NCBI GenBank assembly: GCA_963841915.1
Contig: CAWJEN010000005.1
Location: 1,250,717-1,314,716 of the forward strand
Direction: 5' to 3'
DNA: 64,000 nt
From: an uncultured Planctomycetota bacterium
GTDB taxonomy: Bacteria > Planctomycetota > Phycisphaerae > Tepidisphaerales > Tepidisphaeraceae
A program made the translations under genes and the position numbers. The notes under the pieces are model-generated. The model saw only the letters and a list, made by a program, of their open reading frames with translations. It had not been told where the DNA came from and searched no databases. Shown in pieces: positions 10,232 through 18,045 of the stretch (within the stretch, counting starts at the first letter, position 1; each line of letters opens with the position of its first letter).

Positions 10232-10468
10232 GGTGCTCAACGTAGCCCGAGGCCGTTAAAGACGCTTGCCTGTGGCTCGCAGCCCGCCCCTTCGTGGCCA
10301 TTGAGCTCGAGCCGGCGTCACAACACACCGACTGTCGAGCCTGGAGCGGCCGAGTAGGGCCATTTATGAGGCAACCACAGCGCAAAGCAGAAACCCAAAC
10401 CCGCGGCTCAACGAGCCGCTGGATCGGGTGACAGTTTCTGCATCTCCCGCCTGGTCGGCTGGGGCTCT

Positions 10469-10771
10469 TTACTTCTTCTTCGAGCTCTTCTTCGCCGACT
10501 TCTTGGCTGGAGCTTTCTTGGCTGTGGTCTTCTTCGCTGGTGCCTTCTTGGTCACCTTCTTTGCCGGAGCTTTTTTAGCTGGCGACTTCTTGGCGACCTT
10601 CTTGGCCGGAGCCTTCTTCGCCGGTGACTTCTTGGTCACCTTCTTTGCGGGAGCTTTTTTGGCAGGGGCCTTCTTCGTGACCTTCTTTGCCGGAGCCTTC
10701 TTAGCGGGTGACTTCTTGGCGGCCTTTTGGGCCGGTGCTTTCTTTGCCGTCTTCTTGGTGGACTTGGCCAT
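10469..10771 (-). CDS. Histone H1-like (Hc2/AlgP-type) Lys/Ala/Pro-rich basic protein, ~100 aa
   Basis: MAKSTKKTAKKAPAQKAAKKSPAKKAPAKKVTKK..., pentapeptide repeats throughout with synonymous codon variation. Confidence 0.85.
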   Translation of the reverse strand: MAKSTKKTAKKAPAQKAAKKSPAKKAPAKKVTKKAPAKKAPAKKVTKKSPAKKAPAKKVAKKSPAKKAPAKKVTKKAPAKKTTAKKAPAKKSAKKSSKKK

Positions 10772-11068
10772 GTGTGTAACTCGCGAGGAGATGGGAGAGC
10801 TGTCGGGACTGTCCGACACCTCTGAGTATCACGACAAAGTGCTGGGCGCAAAGCCTTTGCGAAGTTGTCGACAGGCGCTAGTCGATGGTGACGGCGCGTG
10901 CAAACACTTCTTTGCCGGTGCGTGGACAAACAAGTGATGCGTGGTGCATCGACTGTTGAGCCGGAGCGGGTTGAGTCTGCGTGCAGATTTTGCCGATGAA
11001 CGACGCCCCGTCGGCCAAGCATGACAGCGGCGTCGCAGCGCTTGCACCATGGAACCAGCACCACCTCG

Positions 11069-12460
11069 ATGAGCCTTCGCCTTCACGTCCGTCACCCGCT
11101 CGGCAGCAGCGTCGTCGTCCGCAGCGACGCCGACGGAAAGGTGCCGCTGGTCTTGGGACGCGGCCGCGACGTCGACATCGCCATTGCCGGAACCGGCGTC
11201 TTTCTAAGGCATTGTGCAGTGTTTCTTGATGCCGCTCGCGGCAGGTGGCTCATCCAGGACGGCAACACCCGCGGCAAGACGAGCGTCAACGGCGTGCCTC
11301 TGTCGGGCAGTTCGCAGCCGTGCCCGTTGCTCGACGGCTTCGTCGTCACGCTCGGTGAAGGCGCTTCAGCGGCGACGCTCACCGTCGAGCAGGCGAGCGT
11401 CGACGCGGCTGAAGAAAAGGTTCCTGCACCGTCGCCGCCTGAACTTGTCGACGTTGCTTTAGAAGACGAAGGAGTCGAACCGGCTGAGGTCGTGCGGCCG
11501 ACGCGGGCCGAAGATTTTGACGGCATGTTCGCGCCGGAGCCTGACACCTACGAGGACGCGACGAACGACCGCGTCGATTTCGGCGTCGTCGCTTCGCCCT
11601 CACGCCGTCGCGACACGTCGGGCGGCGGGGCGATGCTCGGCGTGCTCGTCGTCATCACGCTCGTCACAGCAACCATCGCATTGCTCGCAGCCGTTCGGCT
11701 ACAGCAGGCACAAGACGAACTGGCGCGATTGAGAAATCGCACCGCGGAGAAGCGGGCGGCCCCGGACACTGAGCAGTTGCCGACGGAGCCGACGACAACG
11801 GCGCAGCCGCAGGAGGACACGCCGCCCGCGATCAACATCAGTCTGCTACCCGACGAGACGCTTCAGACCGAGAACGAACGGCTGTCGGCTTTGGTGGATC
11901 CTGCGGGAGAAGCGGGATTTGTGGCGGGCCTGCCACCGACCGACCCGCTGCGGGCGTCGGCGGCGTGGGCGTCGGTCGTGACGCCGCGTAAACCGGCCGA
12001 ACAGCTGGCGGCGTATCTCGCGTTTCAACAGCTCCCGGCCAGTCAGCAGGGGGCGCTCGGTGACGAGGTGGCCAGTCGTGAGGCGGCGTTGCTTGATCGG
12101 CTGTGGTGGCAGCAGGTGCAATCTCTGCTGGCAGAGGAAACGGCTGTCATCGACCGAACGCTGCAGACGGAGTTTGCACTGCGAGCGTTGTCGAGCGACA
12201 GCGACCCGCAGGCGGCAGAGGCACTACGCGAGCAGCTCAAGTTCGATCGGCAACGTCTCGAGCGGATCGCGGCCGAGTTGGAGGATCGAATGCAGTATCA
12301 CGCCGGTGAGGTGCCGAACTTGACGGACGCTCAGCAGCTCGATCGACTTCGCGGTACGCGGGACGAGGTGGCTTACGAGCAATGGCGGCTGCAGGTGCTG
12401 CGCGTGGTGCTGGCGCAGGGGCGATTGCCCTGGGACGAAGACGAAGCGTCGGCGGAGTAG
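11069..12460 (+). CDS. FHA-domain membrane protein (N-terminal FHA-like domain, acidic linker, one TM, helical C-terminal domain)
   Basis: LGRG..DVDI...RHC...TSVNG; TM MLGVLVVITLVTATIALLAAV; start 11069 or 11021. Confidence 0.7.
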   Translation: MSLRLHVRHPLGSSVVVRSDADGKVPLVLGRGRDVDIAIAGTGVFLRHCAVFLDAARGRWLIQDGNTRGKTSVNGVPLSGSSQPCPLLDGFVVTLGEGASAATLTVEQASVDAAEEKVPAPSPPELVDVALEDEGVEPAEVVRPTRAEDFDGMFAPEPDTYEDATNDRVDFGVVASPSRRRDTSGGGAMLGVLVVITLVTATIALLAAVRLQQAQDELARLRNRTAEKRAAPDTEQLPTEPTTTAQPQEDTPPAINISLLPDETLQTENERLSALVDPAGEAGFVAGLPPTDPLRASAAWASVVTPRKPAEQLAAYLAFQQLPASQQGALGDEVASREAALLDRLWWQQVQSLLAEETAVIDRTLQTEFALRALSSDSDPQAAEALREQLKFDRQRLERIAAELEDRMQYHAGEVPNLTDAQQLDRLRGTRDEVAYEQWRLQVLRVVLAQGRLPWDEDEASAE

Positions 12461-12620
12461 CGGTGCGCCGCGGCGGCCGCCTTGGCGGCGGCGAGAGACG
12501 TCCGAATGCCTCTCGCTACGAACGTCGTGTCACGCAGCAGGCAGGCGAAAAGCCACAGAAGTGGTGTAGAAAAAGCTGCACCGCGGACGACCCGCCGACG
12601 CACTTGACGGGCCGGCCGAA

Positions 12621-12636
12621 GGTTCCACGTGGAACA
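12621..12636. promoter_or_regulatory. parS: parS site (15/16)
   Basis: GGTTCCACGTGGAACA versus consensus TGTTCCACGTGGAACA. Confidence 0.8.
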
Positions 12637-12693
12637 TTCTCCACTGGCGGGCGAGCTCAAACCCTCGCCACGCACGGCAGAGCGGGTTGCCAA

Positions 12694-12709
12694 TGTTCCA
12701 CGTGGAACA
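12694..12709. promoter_or_regulatory. parS: parS site (perfect)
   Basis: TGTTCCACGTGGAACA, within the 20-bp palindrome AATGTTCCACGTGGAACATT. Confidence 0.9.
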
Positions 12710-12764
12710 TTCTGCTCCAAAATCGGCCGCCAATCCATTGGCGGCCAAATCGGCGCAGCGCGTT

Positions 12765-13499
12765 TTAAGCTTCGCTGATCAGAATGATCGTCAGCCGCTT
12801 CGGGCCGTGGGCACCAAGCACAAGCACGCGTTCAATGTCACCCGTGCGAGACGGCCCGGTGATGAGGCCGGCCCAGCTCGGCAGGTTGTTGCCGTACCGC
12901 TCGGTCAGCAGTCGGTACGCGCCGGGCACGTCGGCAATCATCTGGTCCTTTGTGGCGAGGACGATGTGGTGCTCGGGGAGCACCGACAACGCTCGGCCAC
13001 CTGCACTTCGCGTCGAGGCGAGGATGCTGGCCGTCTGTGCCACAAGGGCATCACAAGCAGTAATGCTGGCGGGGCAGCGCTCGAGGTCGTCCGGGTCGTA
13101 GCCGTCGTCGGTCGATACGACGGGCAGGCCGAGCGCCTCACAGGCGGCGTCGGTGAGCGGCGAGCCGTGGCTGGCGACGCGATTCCAGCCTTCCTCTGCG
13201 GCGATTGACTTGATCTGCTCGTGAGCGTCGACGGCGTGTTCCACGTGGAAAAACCGCGTCGTCAGCTTCTCCGACAGCTCGGCAAATAGGGCCACACGCT
13301 CCTCGAACGTCGTACCGACTGTCGGTAGCCAGTTGTCTGCGTTGTTCTCACTAACCTGAGCCGCCAAGGCCGAGTTGGTCGCCTCGACCTGCCCGTGTTC
13401 TTCGGGTGGCTTGACGTGCGTCTCGCCACGCACGATGGCAGCAGTGGGCGTTTTGAGAGCATCCTTGACGCGGTTCAACAATGCGGTGCGGTCGCTCAT
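12765..13499 (-). CDS. lutC: Lactate utilization protein C (LUD domain)
   Basis: GRALSVLPEHH, ITGPSRTGDIERVLVLGAHGP; ATGA overlap with lutB. Confidence 0.9.
   Translation of the reverse strand: MSDRTALLNRVKDALKTPTAAIVRGETHVKPPEEHGQVEATNSALAAQVSENNADNWLPTVGTTFEERVALFAELSEKLTTRFFHVEHAVDAHEQIKSIAAEEGWNRVASHGSPLTDAACEALGLPVVSTDDGYDPDDLERCPASITACDALVAQTASILASTRSAGGRALSVLPEHHIVLATKDQMIADVPGAYRLLTERYGNNLPSWAGLITGPSRTGDIERVLVLGAHGPKRLTIILISEA
13237..13252. promoter_or_regulatory. parS: parS-like site inside lutC (15/16)
   Basis: TGTTCCACGTGGAAAA, encoding FFHVEH. Confidence 0.6.
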
Positions 13500-14926
13500 T
13501 GCTTCTTGCCTCCCTTGTCCCACCAGTCCTGGAACGACTGCTTGGCCGGTGACGGCAACGTTCGGGTCTTCCGCCAAGCCTTGACCGGATCGAACGACGA
13601 GCCCTTCAGGAAGCCCGTCATGCGATCACCGATGCCGCCGAGTTTGCCGGCGAGGCGGTACAGCTTTGGGTGCGTCATGAGTGTCGAGAACCCCTTCATG
13701 AGCCCACGCTCGGTCATGGGTGCCTTTTCCTCGACTGCGTTGCGGCGATTTCGAAGCAGGTGGTGGTGCAGGTCGATTTTCACCGGACACGTGGCCGTAC
13801 ACGCACCGCAGAGCGACGAGGCGTGGGACAGGTGCTTCCACTGTTGCAGCCCCTTGTAGTGAGGCGTGATGACACTGCCGATGGGGCCTTGGTAGGTCGT
13901 GCCGTAGGTGTGGCCGCCGACGTTTTGGAAGACGGGGCAGACGTTGAGGCACGCACCGCAGCGGATGCAGCGAAGTGCGTCGCGTTGTTCCGGGTCTGCC
14001 AGCAACCGCGTACGCCCGTTGTCGAGCAGAACGACGTGCATTTCTTCAGGGCCGTCAACTTCTCCGGCCCTTCTCGGGCCACTGAGCAGCGAGTTGTAAC
14101 ACGTCAGGTGCTGACCAGTGCCGGCGACCGCCAGCATCGGCTGCAGCAACGACAGGTCGCTGAGCGTCGGAATGACCTTCTCGATGCCCATCAGTGCGAT
14201 GTGCACCTTCGGCATTGACGTGGTGAGTCGAGCGTTACCTTCGTTCTCGGTGATGGCGATAGCGCCCGTGTCTGCCACGCCGAAGTTGGCTCCGCTGATG
14301 CCGATGTCGGCGTCGAGGTACGCCCGCCGCATGACACGCCGTGCGACCATGGCAAGGTCTGTCGGCTCATTGCTTTTGCCCGCGAACTCTTCGCCCAGCT
14401 CGTCGCGAAACAGCTTGCCGATTTCCTCGCGTTTAAGGTGCATCGACGGAAAAACGAAGTGATACGGCGCATCGCCGGTGAGCTGGACGATGTACTCGCC
14501 TAGATCGCTCTCCAGCACCTCGAGACCGGCCGCTTCAAGGGCTTTGTTGAGGTGAATCTCCTCGCTCGTCATCGTCTTGGACTTGATGACGCGTTTGGCG
14601 TTGTGTCCCTGGACCACTCGGGTGATGTAGTCGCGGGCGGCGACGTCGTCGTCGGCCCAAAAGACTTGGATGCCGTTCTTCTCAAGGTTGTCGGCAAACG
14701 TCGCCAGATGGGTGTCGAGGTGCTCGATCGCCTCCCACTTGGCAGCGGCGGCAGCGGAACGGGCCTGGCCCCAGTCGGCAAACTTCCCCTGCGTGCCGGC
14801 CCGCGTCTTGGCGTACCCGCCGAGCGCCGTCTGCATGTAGCGACGGTGAGGCGTGTCAGCCGTCACACCGTCGGCCGCCTCGTGAAACAGCTTCAGCGGT
14901 ACGCTTTTCTTGGCAGTTGCGGTCAT
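13496..14926 (-). CDS. lutB: Lactate utilization protein B (Fe-S)
   Basis: KSKTMTSEE, ESDLGEYIVQ, ENEGNA, CIRCGACLNVCP, SSLCGACTATCPV. Confidence 0.95.
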   Translation of the reverse strand: MTATAKKSVPLKLFHEAADGVTADTPHRRYMQTALGGYAKTRAGTQGKFADWGQARSAAAAAKWEAIEHLDTHLATFADNLEKNGIQVFWADDDVAARDYITRVVQGHNAKRVIKSKTMTSEEIHLNKALEAAGLEVLESDLGEYIVQLTGDAPYHFVFPSMHLKREEIGKLFRDELGEEFAGKSNEPTDLAMVARRVMRRAYLDADIGISGANFGVADTGAIAITENEGNARLTTSMPKVHIALMGIEKVIPTLSDLSLLQPMLAVAGTGQHLTCYNSLLSGPRRAGEVDGPEEMHVVLLDNGRTRLLADPEQRDALRCIRCGACLNVCPVFQNVGGHTYGTTYQGPIGSVITPHYKGLQQWKHLSHASSLCGACTATCPVKIDLHHHLLRNRRNAVEEKAPMTERGLMKGFSTLMTHPKLYRLAGKLGGIGDRMTGFLKGSSFDPVKAWRKTRTLPSPAKQSFQDWWDKGGKKQ

Positions 14927-15648
14927 AACTCCTCCGAATGGGCAAGCACCTCAGCCGTGTGCAGGCACCGAACCGGGTGGCCTTGCTTCTCCGCATAGCC
15001 GCCGATCTGCATGAGGCACGAGGGGTCGTTCGAGATGACAGTCTTCGTCTCGGTCCGCTTGACGCTTTCAAGTTTTGTCTCAGCCATCGCTGTCGAGATC
15101 TGAGGGAACTTTACCGCAAACGTTCCGCCGAATCCGCAGCACGTTTCGGCAGCGTCCATTTCGACCAGCTCCAGCCCTTTGACATTTTCCAGTAGCTTGC
15201 GCGGCGCCGTTTTGACGCCCAGCTCGCGAAGCCCGTGGCAGCCGTCGTGGAACGTCGCTTTACCGTCGAAGGTTGCGTCCAGTTCAGTCACGCCCAGCAC
15301 GTCGACGAGCAGCTCGCTGAATTCGTACGTCCGTTCGGCAAGTGCCTCTGCCTCCTTGTGACGCCCAGTGTTGTCGAAGATCTCAGGATAGAAGTGGCGA
15401 ATCATCGTCGCGCACGAGCCGCTCGGCACGACGACGAGGTCGCTGCCGGCCATAACGTTCATGGTGTGCCTGGCGACGCTGCGTGCTTCGTCATGAAAGC
15501 CGGCGTTGAACGCCGGTTGGCCGCAGCACGTTTGGCCTTCTGGTACGACGACCTCGTGGCCGAGCTTGCGGAGGACGGTGACGACGGCTTTGCCCACGTT
15601 GGGATAAAGCTGATCGACGAAGCAGGGGACAAACAGGGTGATCCGCAT
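14923..15648 (-). CDS. lutA: Lactate utilization protein A (CCG domains)
   Basis: QTCCGQPAFNAG, PSGSC, HDGCH, CCGFGGTF. Confidence 0.95.
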   Translation of the reverse strand: MRITLFVPCFVDQLYPNVGKAVVTVLRKLGHEVVVPEGQTCCGQPAFNAGFHDEARSVARHTMNVMAGSDLVVVPSGSCATMIRHFYPEIFDNTGRHKEAEALAERTYEFSELLVDVLGVTELDATFDGKATFHDGCHGLRELGVKTAPRKLLENVKGLELVEMDAAETCCGFGGTFAVKFPQISTAMAETKLESVKRTETKTVISNDPSCLMQIGGYAEKQGHPVRCLHTAEVLAHSEEL

Positions 15649-15682
15649 AATGAGGCTGGCGAGCGACGGCAGGCCGAACCGA

Positions 15683-15719
15683 GTTTATGGTTGACCCCCG
15701 CCATAAACAAGGTTACTTT
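15683..15719 (+). promoter_or_regulatory. Sigma70-type promoter with overlapping operator-like inverted repeat
   Basis: TTGACC(15691)-17 nt-TACTTT(15714); GTTTATGG-N10-CCATAAAC (15683-15708) flanks the -35 box. Confidence 0.7.
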
Positions 15720-15727
15720 TCCGCCCC

Positions 15728-16564
15728 GTGCCAAAGGTCGCACAACACGTCGTCGAAGCCCGCCGAAACAAAGCGGCGGCGTTGCTGCGTGAACACCGCT
15801 ACCTCGGTATCGGCGATGTCGCCAAGCAGCTCGGCGTCAGTGAAAACACAGCCCGCCGTGACCTTGCCGCCCTGGCCGATCGCGAGCAGGCGACTCGCAC
15901 GTTTGGCGGAGCGGTGCCGTCGTCGAATCATCTGCAGGACTGGAACCGTCATTTTACGAGCTTTTCGGCCCGTCTCGACTCGGCGGCCGTGGCCAAGCGA
16001 GCGGTCGCGGGACGTGCAGTCAAGCTGATTGAGTCGGGCATGTGTGTCTTCATCGACGCCGGCTCGACTGGCGCATTTGCCGCCGAGGCGTTGGCGACGT
16101 CGAAGCTATCGGGCGTCACGGTCGTCACACAATCGCTTGCCGTTGCAGCCCGTTTGGGTGAGGCAAGCCATGTCGTCACACGCGTCATCGGCGGCAGGTT
16201 GCTCGCGCGGCAGGCGGCACTGCTCGACGAGGCGACGCTCGAACAGGCCGGCCGCTTCGACTACGACGTCGCGCTGCTCGGGGCAGAAGCCTTTGACGCG
16301 TCGGGTGCCTGGAACTCGATCAACGAAGTCGTTGAGCTGCAGCGTCGCGTGAGCGGAAAGTCAGCGATCGCTGCCGTCTGCTGTGACGCAAGCAAGTGTG
16401 GCCGGCGAGCTCCGTCCTTGCTCGCCGGCTGGGAAGAAATCGATCTTCTAGTGACCGACGCGACGGCTGCCGACCTGCGACGGGCGGATGTGCCGGGTGG
16501 TCGTGACCGCGTGCTTCGGCCGCGTCTGCCGCGTGCTTCATCGAAAGCGACACAACGTTCATGA
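15728..16564 (+). CDS. DeoR/GlpR-family transcriptional regulator
   Basis: GVSENTARRDLAAL, RTFGGA, FIDAGST. Confidence 0.9.
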   Translation: MPKVAQHVVEARRNKAAALLREHRYLGIGDVAKQLGVSENTARRDLAALADREQATRTFGGAVPSSNHLQDWNRHFTSFSARLDSAAVAKRAVAGRAVKLIESGMCVFIDAGSTGAFAAEALATSKLSGVTVVTQSLAVAARLGEASHVVTRVIGGRLLARQAALLDEATLEQAGRFDYDVALLGAEAFDASGAWNSINEVVELQRRVSGKSAIAAVCCDASKCGRRAPSLLAGWEEIDLLVTDATAADLRRADVPGGRDRVLRPRLPRASSKATQRS

Positions 16565-18027
16565 GCGACAGCAACGAGCAGTCCTACATCGCAGTTGACC
16601 TCGGCGCAGAAAGCGGCCGCGTCATGATCGGCCGCGTCAGCGGGTCGGGCATCTCCCTCCAGGAAGTGCACCGCTGGCCCAGCCGCCGCGTCCGGGTGCT
16701 CGGCAGTGAGCGGTGGGATGTGCTGTTCATGTGGGCCGAGATCCTCGATGGACTCAAAATCGCAGCTGCAAAGGCGGGCACCGTTGCAAGCGTCAGCGTT
16801 GACGCGTGGGCAGTTGACTACCTTTATTTGCCCAAAGAAGGCCCGGCCCATCCCGGTCTGACGCCGCCTTTCATGTACCGCGACACGCGGACGCAGAAGC
16901 TCTTCGACGGCCTGAGCGACGACGACCGTCGCGAGATCTACGAGGCGACCGGCATCCAGTTTCTGCCGTTCAACACGGTCTATCAACTGGCAGTCGACGG
17001 TAACACCGTGCCAGCGGCGGCAGGCTCGTTTCTGCTGATCGCCGACTTCTTCCACTATCTGTTGACGGGCGTGGCCAAGCAGGAGCGGTCTATGGCGAGC
17101 ACCACGCAGCTGTACGACCCGCAACGTCGCGACTGGGCGACGGGTATCGCCGAGAGGTTCGGCATCGACACGCGCCTGTTGCCCGAGCTCATCGACACAG
17201 GGGAAATCGTCGGCACGATTACCGATGAGGTGGCGCAGCAGACCGGCCTTGCCGTCGGGACCAGCGTCGTTGCCACGTGCAGTCACGACACCGGCAATGC
17301 CGTCGCGGCGACGCCTCTTATGGACAATGCCGCTTATCTCTCCAGCGGCACCTGGTCGCTGCTCGGCGTGGAGACGGACCAGCCGATTGTCACCGAGACG
17401 GCTCGAAAGTACGGGTTTACGAACGAGATCGGCTACGGCCACAGCGTCCGACTGCTCAAGAACCTCAGCGGCCTGTTCCTGGTGCAGGAGTCGCGAAAGG
17501 ATCTCGATGCGGCCCCGTCATACGGCGAATTGGCGGACATGGCACAACAGGCTGAGCCGGCTCGGTCACTGATCCGCCCCGACGCGCCGGCCTTTGCCAC
17601 ACCCGGCGACATGGTGCACAAGATTAGAGACTTCTGCCGCAGCACCGACCAGCCGGTCCCGGAGACGCCGGGGCAGATCGTGCGGTGCTGCTACGAGTCA
17701 CTCGCGCTGCTGTACGCGTCGACGCTCGACAACCTCGGCGACCTCATCGGCGGACGGCCGACGTCGTTGAATGTCGTCGGCGGGGGCAGCCAGGCGACGC
17801 TTCTCAATCAACTCGCCGCCGACGCCTGCGGCGTTGATGTCGAAGCAGGCCCTGCCGAGGCGACGGCGATCGGCAACATCGGCCTCCAAGCCGTCGCCGC
17901 CGGTGAGATCAGCGACCTCGCCGAACTTCGCCGCCTGGTGCGGACGTCCAGCAATCTCACCACCTACCGGCCCGTCGGCGATCTCGCCGCCAGTGCCGGT
18001 CGATTTAACCAGCTTCCCACCTCTTAA
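16561..18027 (+). CDS. rhaB: Rhamnulokinase
   Basis: AVDLGAESGR, YRDTRT, TGIQFLPFNTVYQL, SHDTG, SSGTWSLLG, VVGGGS, EATAIGN. Confidence 0.9.
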   Translation: MSDSNEQSYIAVDLGAESGRVMIGRVSGSGISLQEVHRWPSRRVRVLGSERWDVLFMWAEILDGLKIAAAKAGTVASVSVDAWAVDYLYLPKEGPAHPGLTPPFMYRDTRTQKLFDGLSDDDRREIYEATGIQFLPFNTVYQLAVDGNTVPAAAGSFLLIADFFHYLLTGVAKQERSMASTTQLYDPQRRDWATGIAERFGIDTRLLPELIDTGEIVGTITDEVAQQTGLAVGTSVVATCSHDTGNAVAATPLMDNAAYLSSGTWSLLGVETDQPIVTETARKYGFTNEIGYGHSVRLLKNLSGLFLVQESRKDLDAAPSYGELADMAQQAEPARSLIRPDAPAFATPGDMVHKIRDFCRSTDQPVPETPGQIVRCCYESLALLYASTLDNLGDLIGGRPTSLNVVGGGSQATLLNQLAADACGVDVEAGPAEATAIGNIGLQAVAAGEISDLAELRRLVRTSSNLTTYRPVGDLAASAGRFNQLPTS

Positions 18028-18045
18028 GCCACCATTCCAGCCAGC

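Larger units (their letters stand above)
12460..12761. repeat. parS-bearing intergenic element, copy 1 (imperfect TIRs)
   Basis: Ends GCGGTGCGCCG...CGGCGCAGCGC; shares an 18-mer, a 14-mer and parS context with 44619-44943. Confidence 0.7.

Noticed and set aside
10469..10771. CRISPR-like or tandem DNA repeat array
   Set aside because: The repeats are 15-nt codon-level units with synonymous variation and no unique spacers. No cas genes are present.
10428..10937. Phe/Ala/Gly-rich 'membrane protein' on the plus strand
   Set aside because: It is the reverse complement of the Lys-rich histone-like gene.
12373..12768. Small ORFs containing CSTWN / MFHVEH (also around 44500-44730)
   Set aside because: These peptides are just translations of the parS palindrome.
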